A stretch of DNA of 51,986 nt. Source: Porphyridium purpureum. Taxonomy: Eukaryota. Positions 41,083-49,200 of this stretch are shown here, piece after piece. Every line of letters starts with the position of its first letter. Positions within the stretch are counted from its first letter, which is position 1. The stretch lies in assembly GCA_008690995.1 (NCBI GenBank), contig VRMN01000019.1:186001-237986 (forward strand), given 5' to 3'. The notes under the pieces are model-generated. The model did no database searches, was not told the DNA's origin, and saw only the letters and a program-made list of their open reading frames with translations. Made by a program: the position numbers and the translations under genes.

Positions 41083-41410
41083 GGCGTCGACATGGCGTCA
41101 AAGATAGAGCGAATATCTTTGTAAAGATGTAGTGGCACTTCCATGCCAATGCTTCGCATGCTCTGTTGCACGAACAACGCGAAATCCAGTCTAGTCCTTC
41201 CAATAAAGCCAAGAGGTCTGCTACCAGCACGGAGCTAGTAAACTTTTGCTCATTTCTGAGGCCCACGCCAAAGGATCCGCTTTTCCTGCAGTATCTCGAG
41301 GCACAACCGCATACGGAATTTGGTTCGTTCGGTCGACATTCCCGACAAATCTAGCATCGGCAAAATCACCACGTGTTGTTCCTTCCTAAGTTCTGGCACT
41401 TTAAGCGCGC
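41083..41410 (-). pseudogene. N-terminal half of the RNase H of the old GalEa-like Copia relic
   Basis: Frameshifted FADARFVGNVDRTNQIPYAVV..AWAS, TSSVLVADLLALLEGLD, LHLYKDIRSIFDAMST. Confidence 0.8.
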
Positions 41411-41479
41411 CATCCCAGGTGCACATGCTAGGCCATGGTCGCCTCACCGGCGGTACTTTCTAGCTAGTCTTTCTTCTTC

Positions 41480-41589
41480 ACCAAGCACCAACCAAGCGCC
41501 AACCAAGCGCCAACCAAGCGCCAACCAAGCGCCAACCAAGCGCCAACCAAGCGCCAACCGCCAAAGCGCCAACCAAGCGCCAACCAAAC
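41480..41589. repeat. Tandem 11-mer (ACCAAGCGCCA), about 9-10 units
   Basis: Read directly from the sequence. Confidence 0.92.
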
Positions 41590-42523
41590 ACTTTGCCCGG
41601 CCCCCTTGCCCGGAAGCCACATAACAAAGGCAAAACTAACGATTTTTCTCTTCCTTTGCTGTGTACTACACCCGCAGCCACTACAACCCCTCTCTCACCT
41701 ACAGGCACCCGCCCGGATCGAACCCCGACACCAACGGCACACCAACCTCTCCTCGCACTTCGGTACCTCCTTTACTTTTCGTTTAGCTCGGGCCGCACGG
41801 CGGCGTGGATTATATACTGCCGCAAAGCCCTGGATCTAACTCAGTGGTGGGTTTGGATGGGGTTTTGGAGGGTGGACTGTACTATGGAGTACAGGTGCTA
41901 CATGTGTACAGTGCATGGGGTGTACAGCATAGCACATCTCCCCCACCGCCTCAACCGCTTGTGCGCGCTCGGGGACCGGGAAGAGAGGAAAGGGAGGCTG
42001 GCTAGCCCGGAGGAAAACCACGCGGGAAACCGGGCAAAGGGGTCGCGGAAAACGACCGCCGGCCAGCCCCAAACAAGCAAAAAATATTGTGAACGACGGA
42101 AAACCCATGCGACCCGGGTGTACGCGGCGGCGTCTTTGTACCTCTTTTCCGTGAGTTTTCGGTTTTCTGGTGCCGACTCCAGACGAGCACATTCCGGTGA
42201 TCCAAGGTTCCGAGATAGAGGTGCAGGCTCAAGCAACACTCAAGAGGAGTTGATTGAAGCCTTTTCCCGCGAGGGAGGGCGCTTGCGGAAACCTCGGCGA
42301 TATGCAACATTTGCCGACCCACCATGAACAGAAATTCCTGATTTGCGGCCAAACGACGCGGCGAAAGTGCGCGAAATGCAATATTGTAACCTAGATGAGG
42401 CCCACGAAGCCAGTCATCACCAAAGCAGAGCTTCTCTCGCCCTGGAACCTCCAGACACTCGTTGCTCATCCGTTGACACCGCCTGCCTCTCAACACCATA
42501 TCCTCACTGTACCCACCCTGTGA

Positions 42524-42715
42524 GCCGATACGCCGATACGCCGATACGCCGATACGCCGATACGGATAAACGGATAAACGGATAAACGGATAAACGGATA
42601 AACGGATAAACGGATAAACGGATAAACGGATAAACGGATAAACGGATAAACGGATAAACGGATAAACGGATAAACGGATAAACGGATAAACGGATAAACG
42701 GATAAACGGATAAAC
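42524..42715. repeat. Compound 8-mer array in the chromovirus 3' UTR: (GCCGATAC)5(GGATAAAC)19
   Basis: Counted directly from the sequence. Confidence 0.95.
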
Positions 42716-42811
42716 CTCCTCCGCCTTTCTCACAGTCGAAGGTCGGGAAGGATAGAGAGGCAGCGCGAAAGGAGGCCGAGGCTCTTGCCACACGCCGGCG
42801 GCCCGGACCGA

Positions 42812-45800
42812 CTATAGAAAGCTCTCGCCCGACGTGGATCGCAATGCAGTGCCGCGGTGCAAGCTGCCGCGGTTGAACGCCCACACAAGGGCCGGCGGCA
42901 GGGCAGAGGAACTTTCCCACGTCCAGTCCTTCTTCCTTGCCCCCTTCCAAGCCACAAGATACTCGGCCCCGTCGCTCCGTTCGCGCCTGGCTTTCAGACC
43001 TGACACCTCAACGATGTCACCGTCGGCGTTTCCCAGGCTGGTCGAGCGCAATGTATCGTTGCTCAGTAGCGCTCGGTCCACTCTCTTCAGCCGTCGGCGA
43101 TGCACGAAGAATTCTTTGCCGTCATGCGTCTTGAGCCATGCGCGATGCTCGTCAGCACGCTCAACTTCAAAAGGGCCTACCCAAGGGTCCGCCAGCTTTC
43201 GGCCCTCCCTGCCCAGCGGCGGCTTCCAAACGAACACACAGTCCCCCGGTTCAACGTCAACAATTCGACATGACGCGTTAAGCTCTCGACGTCGGGCGTC
43301 CCGGGTGGCATCATTTTCAACTACTGCGTTGTGCAAGGCCTCGAGCCTGTTGCGCAACAGAATCACAAAGGCGTCCTCCTTTCTTGCGCTGTCTTGTGGC
43401 GCTACTTCCCCTTCGGCGGCCGGGTTGAAGGGTCCCAGCCATGAATTGGCCTCTCGTCCGAACATGAGCTCGTAAGGCGTCCTCTGCGTCGTGCTGTGTC
43501 TAGTCTGGTTGAACGCGGCCACACAGGCAGGCAACCACAAATCCCAATCGTCCTCCGTGACCCACGAAGAAAGCATGTCGCAGAGTGTCCTGTTAAAGCG
43601 TTCGACCGCCCCGTTGGCTTGTGGGTTGTACGCTGTCGTAAACAGCTTTCTAACGCGCAGCATCTTGCATAACTGGCGTAGAACATCGGCTCGGAAACAG
43701 GGCCCGTTGTCGCTCAGAAGAGCTTCCGGTAGGCCAAAGATTGCAGCCCAACGATCCAAAAAAGCCTCGGCAATGGTCTCTGCCCGCTCGTCTCGCACAC
43801 ATATTGCTATGGTGAACCGAGTGAAAAGGTCGCTCACTACCAGGATTTTTGAATATCCAGTGCTTGTTCTCGGCGTTACCGTTAAAACGTCCGCAGCAAC
43901 GACCTCGAACCGCCGGGTAACGACCCGCTTTCCCATGCGGTGGCTTGTGACAGGGGTCGGTGAGCCCTTTCGCGCGGCGCAAGTTCTACATTGCTTTACG
44001 AACTCCAAGACGTCTTGCAGCCAGCCAGGCCACCAAAACTCCGCGTCGGATATACGTGCCGCCGTCTTGGACACTCCGAAATGCCCGCTGAAAGGTGCTG
44101 AGTGGTAGACATCTAAAATACTGCCCACTAGTCCATCAGGGACTACCTTGCGCGGTTTGTCTTTCAGCGCGGCCCACGCAAGTCCACTTTCGTCCAGATA
44201 GTACTCCGGATAGGAATATACTCGTGGGGACTTTTGCAATGCCGCGAGCTCTTTCGATAGCAGCTCGTCCTCCCTGTACGCTGCCTTGAGCCTCTCCGGA
44301 GATGGGAGCTCGTAGCCCACGGCTTGACCAATCGCGTGCGGATCATCTTCATCTGTCGGTACTGCAGAATCCTCTGCGACGGGATCTCGTCGCGCACGCG
44401 TGCGCACTGCGTTCAGTTCGAGACGTGACAGTGCGTCCGGCACTCGATTCAAGCGGCCTTTAACATGCTCGATGGTAAACGAAAAGTCCTGAATTGTCAG
44501 TGCCCAGCGCGCCAGCCTTCCTCTTGGCTCTTTCATGGACAGGAGCCAACGGAGAGGTTCATGGTCAGTGCGAATGCGTACGGTTGTGCCGAAAACATAG
44601 TGTCGTACCTTTTTGAGACACCAAACTACTGCAAGGCACTCCAGCTCGGTGACCGTATAATTTTGCTCCGCCGACGTCAAAGTCCGCGACAAAAAAGAGA
44701 TTGGCGCAAGCTTCCCGTCCGGCATCTCCTGATACAACGCACCGCCCAGTCCTATCTGAGAGGCGTCGGTGTCGAGAACCTTTGGCGCGTTCGGATCCGC
44801 CAACACCAGCATCACTTTGTCCGACGTGAGCACCTCTTTGAATCCGTCGAAAGCGCAGCGCGCGTCTTCCCCAAAGCGTGCCTGCCAGCCGGCGCACTCT
44901 AGATCTGTATTGCGGTGTGCCTTCTTTGCATTGACGTCCAAGCCATCCAGCGCTCTCCGGAGCGGCGCCGCGCGATCCGAGAACCTGGGTATGAAGTCCC
45001 TGAACCAATTCACAAGCCCTAAGAAACGCAGCAGCTCTGTTGGGCCCTTAGGGTAAGGCCACTTGAGAATGGCTGCCGTACTTTTTCCCCCCCGGCCGAA
45101 TGCGGCCTTCTTCCACTTCATGTCCCAGGAAACTGAGCCTTGCCGTAGCGAATTTGCACTTTTGCAGGGAAAATGTCATGTTCTCTTCCTGGAACTTGCT
45201 TAGCACTACGTCTAGGACCTCCAAATGTTTTTCTATCGTTTTGGTCCCTGTCAACATATCGTCTAGGTACATCAGGATGTGTTTCCATCGAAGCGACCCA
45301 AGTATCGTGTTCACAAGTCTCTGGAAGGTAGCGGGCGAGTTTCGGAGGCCCTGTGCAAGGACTGTGTAGCGGAACAGTCCCTCCGCCGTTATCATACCGG
45401 TGAAGTCCCGCGAGGACTCCGCGAGGGGAACTTGGAAGAAACCGTCAGCCAGGTCCATCACAGAGAAGACTCCACACGGGAGGAAGCGTCCCATCCAATC
45501 TAAGCATTCGCGCACGTCAGGGATTGGGTATCTATCTGGAACGGTGTGGCTGTTCAATTGGCGGAAATCCGTAGTCAGCCGCCACTTACCGTTTGGCTTT
45601 CGAATGATAACGTTCGCGCTGGCATATGGGCCCGAGCAAGGCTCGAGGATGCCCAAAGATAATAAACGCTGGACTAGCGTGCTCTCGGCCTCTCTTTCAA
45701 CTTCAGACAATCTACGCAGGCGGGCCGGGGTAAGACGTGCGCCTGGATCAATAGCAATGGAGTGCTCAGTAGACCGTGTGCGACCTGGACGGTCCCGGAA

Positions 45801-46610
45801 CACCCTCCAGTGCTTGAGCAACACCGCCCGAAGACCACTTTGGTGAAGCACGTCTACGTGGCTGAGGTCTACATCCATAATGCGAGCACGCGTCTCCTCT
45901 TCGTCCTCTTGCATTACGTTTGGACTCCCGAGCTTACTTGCGTCTCTTTGCTCTACCCCAACGCAATCAATTAAGTTCAGTGATTTTGCAGGCGCTCCCT
46001 CTAAGAGGCGAATCGTGGCGCCGTCTTTCATTTCGAGCTCGCCCTTGCCAAAGGAAAGCGCGTTAGCATTAGCAACCCAGAAATCCCATCCCAGGATAAG
46101 ATCTTCGATAAGATCTTCGGCAACTAATGCGCGCACCTGGTACATTGACTGGCCAATTTGTAGCTGAAGCTCTGATGCTCCGACAATACCGAGGGAGCTT
46201 CCGCCTGCAGTTCGACACTCCTGCGCCACGTCCTGTATTACGGCTCCTAGAGAACTGACCCACTTTGCTCGCGCATATACACCGGCAATCCCTACAGCAC
46301 CCGTGTCGGCAAGAGCATCTACGGCAGATCCCGAGACCTTGACAGGCGTGCGACCCGATCGCATGACACGTGCTTTGGCCAACACGCGCACGTACGGGAC
46401 TCTGCCAGAAGCAGATTCCACCAGATGGTTTAAGACTTCCAAGGTTGGACTCGCTCGCAGGATTCGCTTCGGCCCTAGAGCTAGATCATCAATCACGGAA
46501 CTTGTTCGAATTTCGGTGTTCTCTTCACCTACGCTGGGCTTGCGATATCCCAACGCTTCCATGGCCTCATCCACGGCCCTCCCATTCCACGCTACCACGC
46601 GTCCGCGTAG
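42812..46610 (-). CDS. Chromovirus pol (PR, RT, RNase H, integrase, chromodomain) with one +1 frameshift at G7A5 (45082-45093)
   Basis: LADTGA; ILGWDF; KWRLTTDFRQLN; YLDD; TDASQIGLG; TDHEPL; VPDALSR; GHFG..CRTC; SDNG; NGAVERFN; GPF; chromodomain EYLVAWKG..WTWE. Confidence 0.92.
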
Positions 46611-47822
46611 TCACTCGCTCGCAGGCGCCGCCGAGGTAGCTCTGCGCACCGGTGCTGGCGCCAGGCAGTCTCCGGCATAGTGTCCTGTCCCTTGGCAGCG
46701 GCGACACCCCACTCGATCCGAGTTGGCCATTAAACGGTTCCCCCCGATTCCGGGCACGCCCAAAACGGCTGCCACCCGGTCCGCCAGGAACTCCACTTCG
46801 ATCAACTTTTGATCCTCTGTCTCCTTCGCCGGGTCAGGAGGTACACCCCCAAGATTTGGTTCGGAATCATGAAGTACATTGACCGCAGCCCCCGGTGGAC
46901 GGAAAACCGGTCTCCCTTGGGCAAAGCTTCGTCCCTTCTCCAGTGTCGACCCGTAGTTTTTCTCCAACGGTAAAATCATTCCGAAGAATGTTTCTGTGGC
47001 AGCGTGGAGACGACCCATCTGTTGAATATCTCGAGGAAGTCCTCGAACAAAGTCGCTCTTCATCGACGCCTCGGATTTCCCAAGAGCAGCGCCGAGCTCG
47101 TACACGGCGCGGTGATAGTTTGCCACTGACTCGCCCTTCGTCCATTTCCTCTCGCAGTACTCTTGTTCCACAGATTCCAAAAGCTGAGGAGACCAGAAAA
47201 CCGAACGCGCCCACGCCCAACGCTGCTGAGCCGAGTACTCCGTCGCAAGCTCGCCGTTCTTCTCGGCAGTGCGATAAACCTGCTCAGCCGAATCCGCAAA
47301 AGCTAGAACCACAAACTTTGCCGTGAGGTCGGCTGGAATGTGGCGACATGCTTCCACCCAGGTCAAATACGTGGTTTCGAACCTGAGATCACGCGCGTGA
47401 CGGATGCGACAGTCTTTCATCTCGAGAATGACCGACCTCTTCATTTCTTGCTCGAGTTTGATGAGCCGGAGCTCCTCAGTGGACATTGTCAACAGGCTCG
47501 AACCATCAGAGACCGCCAGTGCAGTCCCGATTCTGGACGCGCGGCTGGGCTCCCCCGGTGGCTCGGCACCATGTTCGGCGGATCTTGGCCGAGAACCGCG
47601 ATCCTGCGCGTCCGCAATCGTCGGTTCGTCCAGCTGCGGTCCGAGACGCTGAAAGATCATCTCCATTCTCTGACGTATCTGGTCAATGCTTTCGCGCAGC
47701 TGCTCCTGGCCGGATGCGATCAGCTCTACACGTCCCTGGAGTGCCGCCACATCAGCCGTGACGCTCGCTACAGTTGGACGCCCGGCCATTTCCCCCAAGA
47801 TATCCGACAGGCGTCCGGACAT
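46611..47822 (-). CDS. Chromovirus gag
   Basis: N-terminal coiled coil, capsid-like GESVANYHR..FVRGLP and zinc knuckle CRRCQGTGHYAGDC; ends at a TGA in frame with pol. Confidence 0.9.
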   Translation of the reverse strand: MSGRLSDILGEMAGRPTVASVTADVAALQGRVELIASGQEQLRESIDQIRQRMEMIFQRLGPQLDEPTIADAQDRGSRPRSAEHGAEPPGEPSRASRIGTALAVSDGSSLLTMSTEELRLIKLEQEMKRSVILEMKDCRIRHARDLRFETTYLTWVEACRHIPADLTAKFVVLAFADSAEQVYRTAEKNGELATEYSAQQRWAWARSVFWSPQLLESVEQEYCERKWTKGESVANYHRAVYELGAALGKSEASMKSDFVRGLPRDIQQMGRLHAATETFFGMILPLEKNYGSTLEKGRSFAQGRPVFRPPGAAVNVLHDSEPNLGGVPPDPAKETEDQKLIEVEFLADRVAAVLGVPGIGGNRLMANSDRVGCRRCQGTGHYAGDCLAPAPVRRATSAAPASE

Positions 47823-49200
47823 AAATCAGATAATCAGTCAGTCCCTAGAAATCAAACGCAAAAGTGTGCAATGCGTGTGCTGAAGCCACCCGGCTTCCCA
47901 CACAAGTTCAAAAACCAAACAGAACTATCTTTTCAAAGCCACCCGACTTCAAACGAGACACCAGAGCCACCCGACCTGGCACCTCTCCCCCACGTCGCCC
48001 TGGTTCCGGGCCACCCGACCACCAACCAGACCGGCCCGCGCGCTCCCACAAGAAATTACTCAAGAATGGGGCAACGCTAATTCTAGAATTATGCTGTGTA
48101 CTACACCCGCAGCCACTACAACCCCTCTCTCACCTACAGGCACCCGCCCGGATCGAACCCCGACACCAACGGCACACCAACCTCTCCTCGCACTTCGGTA
48201 CCTCCTTTACTTTTCGTTTAGCTCGGGCCGCACGGCGGCGTGGATTATATACTGCCGCAAAGCCCTGGATCTAACTCAGTGGTGGGTTTGGATGGGGTTT
48301 TGGAGGGTGGACTGTACTATGGAGTACAGGTGCTACATGTGTACAGTGCATGGGGTGTACAGCATAGCACTTTCTTTAATTCGTGGAGCCGCCATCCACC
48401 GGTGGGCCTCATAGACTAATCTAAAGTCTGGAGCCAACCAACTCGTCAGCTGCGGTTGGTTTGAAACAATTAGCAAACTAAAAAATCTGCCAATTTCGAT
48501 ATTAAATCATGAAGCTATACCATGACGACTTGTTTTGGAGGGGGAAACAGGATGCTCAAACAAATATTGCACTTGACAAAGAGAGACTATATGGAGCTCT
48601 AAGTACTAAACGTCCTGACGTTCGCGCCCTCCATGTTCACGCACCGTTGCACACGTGCATTCCACCCCGTCAGAAGTCTCCCGAACTCTGCGTTCGTGAT
48701 TGACGCCCAGACTTCCATGATTTCTACCTCCAGCCCAGAAACTCGTAATTCCTGATTCTCGCATTATTCTTGCAACATAATTTTCCACACGTTTTCTACC
48801 GGGTTCAGGTCTGGCAATTACGCTGGCCGGTCCATTAAATGCCATCCTTCGCGTGTGAAGGACTTCGTATTCCGCGCCACATGAGCAGGAAAATTGTTTT
48901 GCATGAATGCCCATCCTTCTGAATGGGACGCACCGAACATGATCGCCACTCGAGAGGACTGCAGCATGGTCACATACGTTTTTGAAGTGATCCTTACTGG
49001 GGTCTTCAGGAGCGCCATCTGCCCAGCGGAAGAAATTGCTATCCAACACATCTGTCATGACTCGCTCTTTTATCCGTTCGACCCCAGTCACCTAGAACGG
49101 TTCGGTTAATCCGAAACCGGCAGACCGTTTAACCGTTTCTAGACGCTTCTAGAGGTTCCAGAACCTTCTAGACGCGCGCAGAAATGCCAATGATTCGCAT

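Larger units (their letters stand above)
41657..48369 (-). mobile_element. Full-length Ty3/Gypsy chromovirus, very recent insertion
   Basis: 278-bp LTRs at 41657-41934 and 48092-48369 that appear identical; PPT GAGGCGGTGGGGGAGATG next to the 3' LTR; order gag-PR-RT-RH-INT-chromodomain. The TSD is ambiguous (CTT/CTTT). Confidence 0.96.

Noticed and set aside
42524..42715. CRISPR-like array (also considered for 21529-21698 and 41480-41589)
   Set aside because: These are contiguous 8-11-bp tandem units with no unique spacers and no cas genes, in a eukaryotic context.
45082..45093. Programmed -1 slippery site G GGA AAA
   Set aside because: The required shift is +1 and it lies inside pol, not at the gag/pol boundary.
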